Notes: generated by a model not told the origin, from the sequence alone. Positions 38,417 through 52,600 are shown, numbered from the stretch's first letter. The stretch is 64,000 nucleotides of DNA from Kondoa subrosea (GCA_039545335.1 BCIN01000003.1:2551060-2615059); one strand, 5' to 3'. Numbers and translations: made by a program.

Positions 38417-39216
38417 TCACTTGCGAAAATCATCAAAAGCTGCCAAGACGTCGAAACATTCTATAGCAGTAGGTCCAGGCTTAAGACAATTCTTGCAGTT
38501 GGGAGGAACTGAATTTAGCTGATGATCGACTTTACCGCGCGCTTTGGCCATAGCGGACAGCATATTGCCATGATCGCGGTCGATGCTGTAATCTTCTCGT
38601 CGAGGAGATCTGAGAGAAGATCCAGCTCCATAATTGGGGAGCGCCTTCCAATCTGGGCAGGTTGCGTATGCGTGCAGGTCACCGTGATATGGACAATGAT
38701 GAGGAAGTATTATTGCCTCTGACTTAATGGGTGATTTAGACGTGACTGATCTTGCGGTGATTCTTTTGAGGCGATGAGTTGAGAATGAGCATACAGATAG
38801 TTCAGTAAGTACTAAGACACACGACTTCGTTGGAACTTTGAGCCAGGCAGATTGGGTGAAACTTCCTGCAGACCTTCGAACGACCTGCCCATTTATGTCA
38901 CCGTAAATTGATATTCGATCTACAGAGAAGAAATACGTACAGATACAGGTGTAAGCCTAGGTCTATCTGTTGTTTGCAAGGAGGTATGAGGCGGCGCAGG
39001 CGGTGAAGAGATATTGATGACAAGAGCTGCGCTCGTCTTAAGCACAGCTGGCGGGACCATAGGAGACCGCAAAGTATGGGGAGGAGAATTCTCTTGCGCT
39101 GGATGAGCAGACTGAAATCCGCCATTCTTAATTTGCTTTGGTGCTTCACGGCGGATATCATGCGTTGGCGCAAGCCTCTTGATCCCAGAGATACCAGGCA
39201 TTCCTTGTTGATTCAT
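38417..39216 (-). CDS. Putative spliced orphan protein with two zinc-knuckle-like motifs
   Basis: ORF 38920-39222 joins via GTACGT..CAG and GTGTGT..AAG introns to an open exon containing CPYHGDLHAYATC and CKNCLKPGPTAIEC. Confidence 0.45.
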
Positions 39217-39869
39217 GATCACAAGAACACAAGAGCAGAGGCAGATTTAACAGAGTATATGTAGCTCGGGAGGACAGACATTTCCCATGACAAATAATTA
39301 TTTGAACAAAGGGCAAAGAACAGCCTGTTATCTATTCGAGTTCTGTATACACCACTCCAGAGGCTTCCAATAGTTAGTTAGGACAAGAGACCACTCTTCC
39401 GGCACGGCAGGTGAAGACGAGTAAATTTGATGAAGCGAAACTCGAGTTTTTTTGTGATAACATCGGATCGATCGAGGATGTAGCATGACAGTGCGCCGCA
39501 ATTCGACATCGTCCAAGTCATGGAGAGCTCCAATCACTCGACAGGCAGTTTCCGCAGAAAGGACCAGAGCATAAATTCGAAAGATATAGCTTGGAAGTGC
39601 AAGGCTTCACGAGAGACTTGGAATAGCGAGAACAGCAGGTCGATGCGAATAGATTCCGATGCCAAAGGGGTACCGAGCGGATATACTTGGCTTGCCGAGG
39701 CAATTCTTGTCACACCCGTTCGTTCGTTTTCTTCAGTGACCACGAAAGGAGTTATACCCACGCGTCCGCGGTGATACACAATCCTGGAGTGATACACAGG
39801 CCGTGAACAGGTCAGAATAGAGCGTGGTCGAGAAAAGAAGATAGCCACTGTTTTTCTTTCAAGTCTGGC

Positions 39870-42800
39870 ATGACCTCCATCAAGTTCGCCTCGATTGCTG
39901 GACCTGGATGGGGAGACGCTACTCAAGCTCCGACTGGAGCAGGCGCAACCGCTTCAGGGACTCTGGTTGGAGCTGTGCGTTTCAAATTACATCAGCTGTT
40001 GTGTAGGGCTGACAGGAAAGCTGCAGACTACAACGCTCGTTAATGGTATTATCTGGTCGACTCAGAACCCTTTGGACAAGTAAGCCCACCATTCACAACA
40101 TCGTTACTTCTGATTAATATCGCTCGGCAGTGAAAACCTCAAAGACTACTTCACTGAACCTTACCTCGTAGCACACGAACTAAGCTGGCCTTCATTCCGC
40201 TACTCATATATCTTATGGATTGTCATTGCTTTCGTCTTTGTGGCTTGGTCTATCGCTCATCTTCTGACCCGGAGAACGAGTAATCCAATTGGCGTAACAG
40301 CAAGAAAGGTCGGAATGAAGCAGTTCTCATGGGGCGGAGAATGGAAACCATCTTCAGTGAACCCTGCTCAGGCAAATCAATCAGGAAGAAAGAAGCTATG
40401 GGTTACCCCTACAGTTGCTCAAATGATTGCTATGGCTGTCAGTTTAGCAGTCATCTTCTGCGTATCTTATATTGGTCCGGACTACCTCTCGCCTACAACA
40501 TGTACATGGGGTGGTGTTTGTGAAGCTGCTGTATCTCAAGGTCCTCCTAAATCTACTTTCCATCCAAATCGACGAGATTTGGCCCAATTATCTCTAGACC
40601 CAGCTCAACCAACACCAAGACATATAGCTCCCAACGTTCCTCAAGATCTTGTATTCCGCGATGGGGCATTGCATAAAAGAGCTTGGGGAAATCTGAACCC
40701 AAATGGATGGGCGCCTTACAATGATCCTCTTCTGGCTGGACCGAATTACGAGATTGACAAGAACCTCTGGGTCTCGTCATCAAGAGTGGGAATGATTGCA
40801 TATGCAATCTTACCACTTTCCGTCACCCTGGCATTGAAGATGTGGCCTTTCGCTATTTTCGCTGTACCCGCTTTAGTCAATTACGGGATTGACAAGACTG
40901 CTCTGTTCCATCAATGGTTTGGAAGAATCGTTTGGGTCTTGAGCACGGTTCACGTTGGATTATGGTCAAAGCAGTTGTTCATCGATATGGATCCTTATGG
41001 TCGACCTGTCTTCTTCCCTGTCTGGCAGTACTGGAGATTTAATGCTGGTGTAGTAGTAGGTGTTTCCTACAACCTTTTCTGATTTGGACTGATCGCCGAA
41101 TAGGCTTACGTCGCGCTTTGCTTCATGGTTGTTCTTTCCCTCAAACCTTTTAGAACCCGCTACTACGAATTCTTCTTCTACTCTCACTGCGCTTTGGTCA
41201 TTGCCTTTCTTCTGGGCTGCGCTTTCCACTATAGATACCTCGATGTGAGTATCGCGATGCGGTATAGAAGCAAGACTGATTTGTCTTCTTGCGACAGCCT
41301 TATCCTTTTATCGCTCTAGCTCTGTGGGGCTGCGAACGTATTGTTAGAGTCATAGTCTGGTTCTACCTCAATGGCTTCACCAAGGGTCTTTGGTTCACCG
41401 AAAAACGATCTGCTAAACTGAACCGTCTGCACCAAACTTATTCTGCCCCACTGTCAGAGAAACATGCTCACAAAGAGCTGACATCACCGTATAACAGTCC
41501 TATGCCTAACGATTACGTTGATGGTCGTCTTCTTTCGGCTGATTCCTCTCATACCATGCTTGACGATCAATACGATTCTTCAACTATTCGGTCTACTTCC
41601 AAAACTCCTTTCTCTTCTGTCGACTTGCATAGCAATTCTGTCACAAGACAAGATCCACCTCCTGGCTTCGCGCTTTATCAATTGTTGCCTGGCAGAAATA
41701 TTCGTGTTACTTTAAGAACACCAACCAAGATCAAATGGAAGACTGGTCAATCTGTATCACTCACAGTACCCTCTGTCCGATTTTGGCAAGGTCATCCGTT
41801 CACAATCGCTTCAGCCGATGATCGCTTGACGAAAGATAGCAAAGATACTCGACCAGGAAACACTTTTGTGATTCTGTTAAGAACAAGACAAGGTTTCACT
41901 AAAGATCTATGGAAGAAGATTGTGAAAGAAAAGGGAGAATTAGGTCAAGGTTTGGTCAAACAGCAAGGTGGTGTTTATCTTCGAACGCAAATCAGTATTC
42001 CGATTGGATCGAGCGCGAGAATGCAATTGGATGATCAGGCTAGTGTGTTGATTATTTGTGGCGGTACTGGTGTAAGCTTTGGGTTGGGCGTTTTCGAGCA
42101 CGTGTGCCGCAATATGGCGAGACGGCAAGGGAAGAACTCGAGAGTTAGATTTGTCTGGATTTTGAGGGAGCACGGTAAGTATTTTATTTCGAAGCTGGAG
42201 GAATTTGTGCTCATTGAGAGATAATAGCTCATCTTACCTGGATTGCTACTGCTGTTCGCAAATGCCTCGATCTCTGTCCGCCTGATCGAATCCAAATCGA
42301 CTTCTATGTCACCAGAACCGAAGGAGCTGTCAAAAGCACAGAACCATCGCAAGCAGATGGCTTACTTCCACCTAGACCTGGCTTTGCAACTACGGAGCGA
42401 AGAGGAAGCGACTCGAGCATTGCTTCCAACTACAGCGCACCAGCTTCGGAAGCGACAGGCGATGGTATTGGTGAATCTGTCTTGGACTACGTTATGTTTG
42501 AAGGAGAGAACGATACGCCCACTATGGCAGAACGAAACTTGTCTTCGAGGGTCGAAAAGGAAGGCAAGCTTCGTCGAGCGAAATCACGCAAAGAACAGAA
42601 AGGTCGCAAATCATCTTGGTTCGGCTTGAAGGAGAAATTTTCGAACAGCGAAATGGGACACTCTTACCCGCCAAGCCTTGCGCAATCGCCCGCCGGTCAG
42701 CTTACACCAAATACCGAAGCTGAATATCGAAGCTATTTCGCAGAAGATCATCATCAACGAGCTTCTTCACCGGCCATGAGCGATGCCGAATACGATTACC

Positions 42801-43194
42801 CTCAACATGGGAATATCCGTCACTCCCAGCATTCTGAACACAGCATCAACGCTCTCTTAACAAGTCCGCGTCAATTTATGGATACGCAAGATGGCGTGTC
42901 GCTTGATGTCTACGAACAAGATGAACAAGATCTGAATATCATTTCAGAATTAGCTCGCACTGGCAGACCAGATCTAGGCAAGACCATAGATGAAGAGCTC
43001 AGACTATGCCAGCAAAAGATGCTCGTAGCATGTGAGTTATTCGCGCGTCGATGTTGCCCCGAGCTAACTTGTGCTCTGTAGGCTGCGGACCTCTTGCACT
43101 GAACGTCAAAGTCAGACAGCTGGTCTCGCAGCGGATGTCGCCGAGCACGAACTCGTCAGCGCAAATAGCCTTCTGGGCAGAAGATTACAATTAA
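39870..43194 (+). CDS. Ferric reductase-like transmembrane flavocytochrome (FRE family)
   Basis: Heme His pairs FHQWFGR...VH and SHCAL...FH; HPFTI FAD motif; ICGGTGVS NADPH motif; RFVWILRE; C-terminal CGP. Confidence 0.9.
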
Positions 43195-43322
43195 TAGGTG
43201 ATGATCAAACGGACATTATAGATCTGTACAGAACGGACTCTTCAAGTTGAGAAGCTCATAGTCATTATTTGTAAATATGCTTTATATCTTGAGTATCACT
43301 GCATGGCATTAGGCATATAGTG

Positions 43323-46054
43323 TTAACGAAAGTTCAGCTTCACTCTGCACAGAAACCATTAATTCACGACTCTGAAGCAACGTCAAGCGGCTTACAAAAA
43401 GAATAGAATGTCCATTACTGGTCTCTTATCAGGGCATGTTTTGCTCTGAAGGATAAAGAACACTAACAAACATGTGTGCTTGTCCAGACAAGGGCAGGCG
43501 TCAACTCTGGATAGTCTCGCATCTTGCTCAAACCAGTCTGAGTGACATCCAGCTTGTAAATTTTAGATATTAAACGCCTAGCAATGAAGGCTGATGTGAG
43601 TTCTGTCGCCCAAATGACCAGACTGGCAATGGAAGTGAGGCGGTAGTTGTATGGATCCTGACCTTACACTTCAGCTATGGCACGCAGCCCAGTTGGGAAC
43701 ACTCGTACCTCTGCTGTGGGCTTGTCCAAGGCAAAGAAGGGGAAAACAGAGACGTTCGGCCCAAAGTCTGTCACGAATGAATTAGCTTTCTACAGAACAC
43801 AAAGGCAGAGCGTACGCAGTATGGTCAGCCACCCAAGAAAAGCGAACATTGTCTAGCGATACCTCATCAGTGCCATGAAAATTATGCTGAAATCAAGCGC
43901 ACAACATTCTCTGCCAGATTGCGGAGATACATCGATTGTGCCATTCTGGTATATTGTGAGCCTATACGTGACCTCATCCTGCTCAATAAAGACGCACTGC
44001 TCCATGTGCTCCTCGTGCGTCTTCTCGTAACCGACAAGGATGCTAAGCAGCCAATGAACGATCCTTGACATGCTCATTGGATGAAATATAACCTGTACAC
44101 CAGCAGGATTGAGATCCCGGTTGACTCACAATTAGAGACGAGAGCAACATACAGTCCAGATAGAACTATTCTCGGGAATCAGCCTTGCGAAATAGCTTAA
44201 GGCTTTAGCTTACCTCCAAAGCTGAATGAGCAGATACTGATCTGGTGAACGAAGTCTTGCGAAAAGAGTGCGATAGAAAACGAAATATGCCTAACTCAAA
44301 TCATTCAGAATTCTTCATGTCCCACATTTAAAGTCAGCTCACAAGATAAAAGTAATACTGTAAGTTGATCATCAGCTCAAAGTTGAGTCCACTGCCAATT
44401 GGAACTCACACGAAAGACAAATACTAAAGCACTTGAACGAACTTTGACTTCCAGCACTGTTTGTGTCAGAGCGCTCAGAAGTTGTACAGTAGCGATCCAT
44501 GACCTGTTAAGTGCTATGAGCGGGACTCATTCAGATACCAAATGTGATTTACCAAACATAAAAGACGCCGTCAATACTGGTATCTGTTGGCACATTGAGT
44601 GAGATAGAGATGATTGTAGTTTTCGGGAAACGCACGTGGTAGGGTTGAGAGGTATATAGATGCAAAGCCTTGTCCTTTAGTAAAGGGTTGAGTAGTAGCT
44701 TGCAGAGCATGACATGATACATACCGGCTGTAAGTGTGAAGAATCCAATAGATAAGGCTACGATAAACCAAAGGAAACGAATGTAGCTGCGAGGTATGCG
44801 GCTGTTGAGCTGCCGTTCGAGGAATCTGCTCTAACAGTCAGATTTGCCTACACAGAAGTAGAATGCTTACGTTTTCTGCATGTCTGTGGAAGAAACTTGA
44901 GTAAGGCAAACAGATGCTTCACACAAGCTTTACCTGTTAAGGAATGCCTGTAGGTCATTCTTCTGTCCGCTCGTAGCTTTGCAAAACAAGCTAGAGCAGG
45001 TAAAGACATCGTTCCGAAAGCGAGCATGACCCAAACGGTTCTGTCGCCGAGTCATCAGTCAAGGTCATCAGCCTTAAGATAAGCGTCGCCTCACTTGCGC
45101 TCCCAATCCTGACCTATAGCATGACTTCCTCCCGTATTATGCTTCTTGTCCCATCTACCTCTAACACCCAATAAATCCAATTGATGCAACACTAACCCAA
45201 AAAGAAGAGAACCCATCCAAAAGCAAAAATAAGACGCTTGGCCGCCGAGTGATTTAGGCCACCAATTGAGTCTGTAGAGACCGAATAGTGATGTAACGAA
45301 CATCAAGGCGCAAGCGAGATAACATCCAAAGAACCAAAACTGTTCGGAAGTGATCAAATCGGAGCAATTGCAGCTCCTTAAGCCAATGTAGACGTACGAG
45401 AAAGAAGTAGAAATTAGCTGCATACAATGATGAGCACGCTGCTCTTGAGACCATGGGCGTGCAGACTTACTATCGACATGCCGACTTGGTTGTTGCTCGA
45501 CAGGCCGTTCCGGTTTAAACGTGAGCAGATTCAAGGGATCCGTAGGAGAGGTAGAGACTGGAAAGGGTACAGCTATCCATATCCAAACCTAGCAGACCGT
45601 TCAGCCTAGGCCCAAGGAGCTGCTTTAGAACCGACCAGCACGCTCGGTAGCAAGACCAAGATAGACAAGCGTTTCCACCAAGATCTGAGCCAATCTTCTA
45701 CTTTGTCTTTTGGTGGACGCAAACCAATCATCAACCAAGTCCGTTCATTCACATCATTAGCAGGTTGCAAAGAAGCATTATTCAATCTCTTCCTTGGGCT
45801 TGTCGCGTTGTTGGAGAAAGCCTTAGAGGAGGAAGAAGCCGGATGAGCTCGAAAGCGACCTGCAGCGTATTGCGTTGCATCTGTAGATTCTCCTGACTTA
45901 GAATGCCCAAGGTTGAGAATGTTCGCATAGACCGTCAAGCACCTTCGTTAAATCGGCTTGTACTGTCCTTTCCTTGCTGAACTGTCAGCAGGTGTTATTC
46001 CGCGGACCCGCTGAGCGTAATGCGCGCAGCTCACAGCTTGTAAACATTGAGCAT
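43323..46054 (-). CDS. Conserved fungal multi-pass membrane protein of unknown function (5' end uncertain)
   Basis: WLRSWWKR, FWFF...LYRLNWWPKSLGG, PASYIRFLWF, SIYLSTLP, FYRTLFARLRSPDQ, C-terminal VKLNFR*; many introns. Confidence 0.7.
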
Positions 46055-46176
46055 GCTCGTTCACGTCGAACCCAATATTATGTAATCTGCGATAGACCCA
46101 TCCTAATTTCTAGCGTTCGGAATAATGGATTGCTGTTGTACATATGCGAACACGATATAACCAACGAGCGAAAGTC

Positions 46177-47774
46177 TCAATCCAGATACATATATTCTCC
46201 TTCGCCTTGCCAACTGTATCTCTCCCAATTTGGATTCGCATGCCACTTGACTAAACCTTTACCCTTGCTGTCGACGATCATAGAAGCAGGGCCATTATAA
46301 CGCCCAAATGTGCCGTTATAAGGTGTGAAACTGAAATCGACATTGACCCCTTTTCTAAAAGCAGTCACTTGCTCCAAATCCTTGACCAATCTCTTGCTGA
46401 TAGCTTTAATTCCAGCAGCTTCTTCAGCCAATTCTTGCTCAGTTGTAGGTACTAGGTGTATTGTGAGGGGCGCTACTCTGTCTAAACCGAACGCATCGGA
46501 CATAATCCCTAAATCGTTGAGTCTAGACTTCATGTGAATGTGCTCCAAATTGGGAAAGATAGTAAGGTCCAGAAAGTATTCAAGCAAGTGAACAATAGTA
46601 TCGGAGGTAGTATACTGCGAGGGATCAAGCTGGTAAAAAAAGGAAACAGATATCGTCAAGCTGGTCATGTCGTTCCAAGTATTGCAAGGTGGAAATAACC
46701 TTTCCAGCTGATCTTGCAAATCGTTTTGGCCCCAGTCCACCAGTAGATCGACCAGTCTGAAAGTCCTTACGGATGGAAAAAGAAGGGACAGAACACATTC
46801 TGTCGAAGGGTCGAGCGAATCAAGCGATATGGAACCCAGAGTCAAAGTAGTGATTTTATGCAGAGCTGGACGACTTTGCCAATCGGTATACAGCTGATGG
46901 AGCCAGCTTATTGAACTGTATTCTCCATGGATGTATTCCACTTCGACCAGATTTGGACGTCGATCTAGAATTGTGCGAAGAGAGACAAAATGTCGTAAAT
47001 CTCCTGAAGCTGGTTTACAGATTGATAACTTTGTTAAAGCTTGGAATTCTCTTGTATCTTGCTCTGGGTATCCTCCTTTGAAGCTGATGAAATCTGGCAG
47101 AATAATCGAGCGCAGATGGGGACAGCGACTCAGATTCCCTAGCATTCGCCAACAGAGGTCCAGCACTTTAGGTTTCGGGCTTGGGTAAGCTTGTTCGGTA
47201 CCAAAGATGAAGCGTCTTGGTCGACATAGTACTGTATCAAGATATTCGAGGGGTATATCCTTGAAATTGGGCATGAGACTTGGTATGCCCGTCCTCGAAA
47301 GGTCCTTCTCTTGATAGTCTGTGACTGAGCCTTTTTCGATCATATCCAGTTGAATATCAAGCCGTCTCAAATTCGGACTGTTCTTGATCACTGATAAAGG
47401 ACCAGACAGGTGCTGTACAACTCTGTCCTTGGAATAAACAGACGCATTATCTTCTATTGAGCGCCAGTACTCGATGTTGATGGCCCATTTGATGCTTTGG
47501 ATGTGTCTGCCGCGCTCGGTCCCTTCTACATTGACTCGGAGACTTGAAGTCTGCAATTGACTGCCTTTTATCGATTTGTATAGGAATGGGATAACCGCAG
47601 AGTGGAATGGACCTAGCAAGAGGTTAGCTGATTGGATTGCTAGATTCCGAGAAGCTTACTTGAAACAAGTGCCAACCTCGCAAGCTCCTTGCTGTTGTTT
47701 TCATCATCAAGCGTGTAAAGTTCCACAATCTCGCTCAGAATCTCTCCAGGTAAGGCGCCGAACGATCTAGCCAT
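46177..47774 (-). CDS. F-box / leucine-rich (RNI-like) protein
   Basis: First exon MARSFGALPGEILSEIV...LARLALVS, then PFLYKSI; repeated LxxLxL segments (PNLRRLDI, PHLRSII, PNLEHIH). Confidence 0.7.
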
Positions 47775-48041
47775 CCTCCCATGCAGCTACTGTTCCAATT
47801 TCAACACTTTGGTGGTCTGCAACAAGAGTTGACATTTTTCGATTTTGAGCAATCTTGCTCTTGTCCGGCTTTTGCTGTTGACAGTCGACTGCGACAAGGA
47901 CGACGTCAAATGAGTACTTGATATCAAGGCTCTCAGCATAAGCATTACCCCGAAATCTGAAAATAGCATCTCTGCAGCACGCGTTCTTGTCTCGATACCC
48001 TTCGAACTGTTTTGTATCTCCTCTGACTCATCGCACAAATC

Positions 48042-49555
48042 ATGGCACAAGGCGCTCCCGTTCAATACTTGCGATCTGCTTCCTTTGCTCTCGATTCGGG
48101 GGTCACTTTACCGGAACTAGTGGTAGCTTATCAAACCTTTGGAGATGCGAAAGATGCCAGCGGCAAGATGAGGCCTACTGTGTTGGTATCTACCTGCTTT
48201 GGAGAAACTGTTCGTTCTATTCAATGAGCGCATGTGCTCGATCAACGAGCTCATGCTATCTTCCATCGGTGTTAGCTAAGTCCTTATGGCAATCCTCTAG
48301 TTGGTGCGGGCGAAGCTTTTGATCCGGCCAAGTATTACATTGTCAGAGTGGGACTGCTCGGCGGATCTGATGCAGGTTGTCATTATTCATCTCTGATCAC
48401 TCTAACACTTGAGAACAGTCGTCTTCGCCTTCTAATACTCCTTCGCCGTATTCTGGAGCGGATTTCCCTCATATAACCTATTCTGACAATGTTCGGGCAC
48501 ATGTCTTATTGCTGAAAAGCCTTGGTCTGGATATCAACAAAGACAAGCTGGAAGCAGTGTGCGGGTTCTCGATGGTCAGTCACATTCTAGCAATATACGG
48601 AGACCGTCTCATAGTGGTATACATAGGGAGGAGCAATCGCTTTCCACTGGGGCGCATTGCATCATGGTGTGTAATCAAGAACAGGACCTTTCGACTAGCT
48701 GATCACTCCATAGATCGAGTGAAACTTATTGTTGGCCTGGCCACATCGGCCAAAACATCTCAGCGTAAGCGACTACATTGATCATTGATGAGTCTCATCA
48801 GGCGGGACAGATAACATTGCATTCTTGGAGGGACCAAAGGCCGCACTGCTGGCCTCAGACTCTTATGAAAAAGGCAGCAAAGGACCCGCAGCTTTTGGCC
48901 AGTACGTTACTTTTAGGTAAAAACATCGATGCGCTAACACTTCTGATAGTGCATATTGCGCTTGGGCTATGTCGTATGAGTGGTTTGAGCAAAAGAAGTG
49001 GGAGGAGTTGGGATCTAAAAGTCTCAAAGAATTCATGGTCAGTTCACTGTGACAGAAAATAAAGAAAGTAACTGGTCTCACTCACTCTAACAGGATAAAA
49101 ACTGGTCATTTGACGACTATAATGGCTACGACTTGCTTGCTCTGACCTGGACTGTACGCAGCACTTATTCCGAGATGCTACTAGCTGACATATACTTTAT
49201 TCTCGACTTGCAGTGGCAGCATAGCGATATTTCTAAAGCAACACATCAAGCTGGAGGCGAAGCAGCTTATTCTTCCATCGAAGAAGCGCTGAAAGACATC
49301 ACATGTAAAGCTTTGATCATGCCGACCAGTACAGATCAGTACTTTACTGTAAGTCGGCATTCTCTGTTCAGCAGTATGCGATTGATTCTTTCCTTCAAGC
49401 CCGAACACGCTGAAAAGGAAATTAAGCATATGCCAAACGTCACTTATGAGGTAGTCGAGACCATCTATGGCCATGTAGGAGGAGGTGACGGATCATGCAA
49501 GAAAGAACATGCTGTCATTACCTCGGCAATCAAGAAAGCTTTAGCTGAACTGTAA
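48042..49555 (+). CDS. Homoserine O-acetyltransferase-family alpha/beta hydrolase (divergent, probably not canonical Met2)
   Basis: LDSGVTLPELVVAYQTFG, SSSPSN, DNVRAH, GFSMGG nucleophile elbow, STDQYF (Asp), YGHVGG (His). Confidence 0.82.
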
Positions 49556-49640
49556 AAAGTATGCGCCGCAAACGTGTCAATTGATGCAAAGTGTATCTAA
49601 TGAAGTATTAACAAATTTACTACAAGTGTTTTGCTGCGCC

Positions 49641-52600
49641 TCAGTCAAAGCTCGCGCCAAACTTGAGTATTCGCTTGATTTCAGGTCTTTGAGCTATCCA
49701 AGTCTGTGTGCACATATTAGGTGAAATCATACTAACGTTGATACCGGGCTGACCGTGAAGGATGAGCATTCATCGACCGGTTGTTTGCTCGATTTTGAGA
49801 ACCGCTTTTCCAATAAGTAAGCCGAGAAGGCGATGAGCATGCCTAGTATAGGTTAGAGAAGCACACTCAAATCACGTAAGACCCTCACCGTAGCGGAATA
49901 GATAGTTCTGAGCCATCTGCGAAAGATGTGCTTTCTTTGTTGATCGAGTTTCAGCTGCTTCCCTCGTAATGTAGTCATGTATAGCCTTGCGAAGATTCTG
50001 CATTGCTTCCATTTGACTGCGTACTAATTAGCGTACATGCTGCTGTTGATGAACCGACTCACTCTATTGCAGCCTGTAACGACAGTGGTCAGATCAGCTT
50101 ACACAAACAGATTTTGTAAAGACGTACGTCCGTATAGCGCTTCGCCTCTCTTCCGCGCTGCCAATAATCCGTGAGATCAGGTCATATCGATCAATGTCAG
50201 CCTACTGGAAGTATGGACAAAAGGAGTAAGATGTTTTTGTACTCTCCTGCGCAAGAATGAGTACATGAAGATCGGAGTAAGTAGAAGTGCGGGTACCTTG
50301 CAAGAATAAATCTTCCTCTTTGTCGAGATGCACCACGCTGTGCGAGAGCAGCGTGACAGGAGAAGTTAGCGGATCAGATGCTTCGCCTTCTGCAAGCAGT
50401 ATGTTGTACACCAGTGTCGCAGCGACCATTCCAGTTGTTGTACGTCCCCGTCTGCGACGATGATGAGAGACCAAACTTCGCACAAATCTCCACACTTACC
50501 CGAGCTGACAATTGAACGTTAGGCCTGCTGTATCTTTGCCATTAACTGCTGCGGTGACCTATTCATAGCTTATAAGCCTTTTATATGGGACGAGACTAAT
50601 ACTGACGCGGCTTTCGAGGGCAGCAAAGACGTCAGGAATCTACGAATGATTCGAATCAGATCATAATTTGATACTTTGGTGAGAAACAACTCACCGGCGC
50701 TTGTTCGTCGGTAACAGGAACTCGCTGGTAATCAACCTTGTAACCTTCATCTTTGACGGAAGCGAAGAGCTCTTTCGTTGTCAGCACGTCAGACGCTTCA
50801 ATGGATAGCCATTCCGGCGCCAGATCGAAACCCTTGTCATGGACTATCTCATCATGGAGCAGAATTTGTCCATTGTTAGCTTTTGCTTCCGCGATCACAT
50901 CGTTTTTGAGAGCTTCCTCCATTCTTTCGACAGTATCGCCTTTAACACCAGTGGTTATAATATTCTCGTATGGCGATTCAAACATTCGTAGCACAAAGGG
51001 TCTCTTGTCGACGAAAATGACTGGTTCTTCTCTTAAGCTTGTCCAATGTATTGTTCGTTCTCCTTCCGGTCCAGCATCCATTCTGACAAGTGCCTTTCGC
51101 AAGCCTTCCGTAGTCGGCATACCGACGCCAAAGAGTGTTGCTGAATCGCTTTCAGCTGAATCCGGACCCTCCAGCGACAAATCTGCCTCGCGGAAATTGA
51201 CAGCGCCATCAATCTTTTCCGGTAGTACACGTTGTTCCGGTCCAGCGAAAGCGTCGCTCTTTAGTATCGTATTGGCAGCTAGCACTGTCCCGCGTCTTTG
51301 ACTGACGTATGCTTTATCGTCTGAGAGATTAGCTGAATCGTCGTGTAGGCCAAGAGGCGACAAAGCTCTGCAATGGCTCAACGAGTAATAATTACTCATT
51401 GTGTGGTGGCTTACTCGATTTCGGCATTCGAGAACTCCTTTTCCAAAGTCTTGAACACTGTGGGGCTATTAAATCTTCTCAGGAAGAGCTCGAGCGTAGC
51501 TTACCTGGCCGTTGTGACACGAAGTCTTGAAATGGCATATTGCGAGACGGAGGGACTTCGCTCAAGTAGATTGTCAGGATGCAGCAACGGAAGTATCTCT
51601 TGAGCGCTGCGTAGCAACGTCAGTCTCGCGTTCCGCCGACAAGTTGGAAAATCACCATTCAAGCCTCGATTCAGGGCAATACGTTGTTCTTGACCTGAAG
51701 AGCTACGAGCTTTATCTCTAAATCTGAGAATCGACTCAACCAGGTTCTCATGAGCGTCGCAAAGTAGAACAAAGTGATCCAGTGTACTTTTGACCTCTCT
51801 ACTGTTTCTTGTGACCCGTAGTAGATTGTTGATAACCTGGAAGCCTGATAGTGGGTCAGCAAATACTCGACTGGAATCCAAACAGCTGCTGACTTGGCAG
51901 CTTGCGCTCAGCCTGTTTGAAGATGAAGCGGTCGTCCTTCTGCCAGCTCTGAAGCCAATGTTGCATAAGAGTGATCGTGATTAGTGCTAATGTGCTGCGA
52001 CCTTTGCCTAATTGACAGTTGACAATGATTGCCTCTTCTTGATGGTCCTTGACCAGCTGGAAAACGTCGGAGATGTCATTGTAATTCAGAGGAAGTTCAG
52101 CAGTGATGGGCTTTTCAGGTTTGTCAGCGGGCGACCTTCATCAGTGACTTAGAGCACTTACCAATCGCTTGTAAGTGAAGCTTTGCAATTCTGCCGAAGC
52201 CATGCAATCGCGCAAGGTCTTAACGTCTTCCGGCTGAACGCTCTCGAACATAGCGACTACAGTACCGTCGGGTTGTTCCGAGTGCACTAGGATCCGTCCA
52301 TCGTACAAAGCGAGTTCGGCCAAGCTGTCAGACTGTCAATCAAACAGCGGCGAATGGTATCGCTAATTGCTTACACATCCGCCTTCAAACGCTGCTCGAG
52401 TACTTCGAGCCTGGTATTGTTCTAAATACGCTCCTAGATGTATTTTCTGCTTAGGCTTACCTCTCAGAATTGATACCTTCATAATCTCGCGTATTGCGCA
52501 GGCTAGTTCGCTCTTCTCTTAGTACAAATGGCACACCATTGAGATAGACTAAAGGCTCTTCTCGCTATAATACAACCTGAGCTTTTGATACCAGATCTGG

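Noticed and set aside
39250..39870. Iron-responsive GATA sites upstream of the ferric reductase
   Set aside because: Only isolated GATAA/GATAG words, as expected by chance; no extended ATCWGATAA
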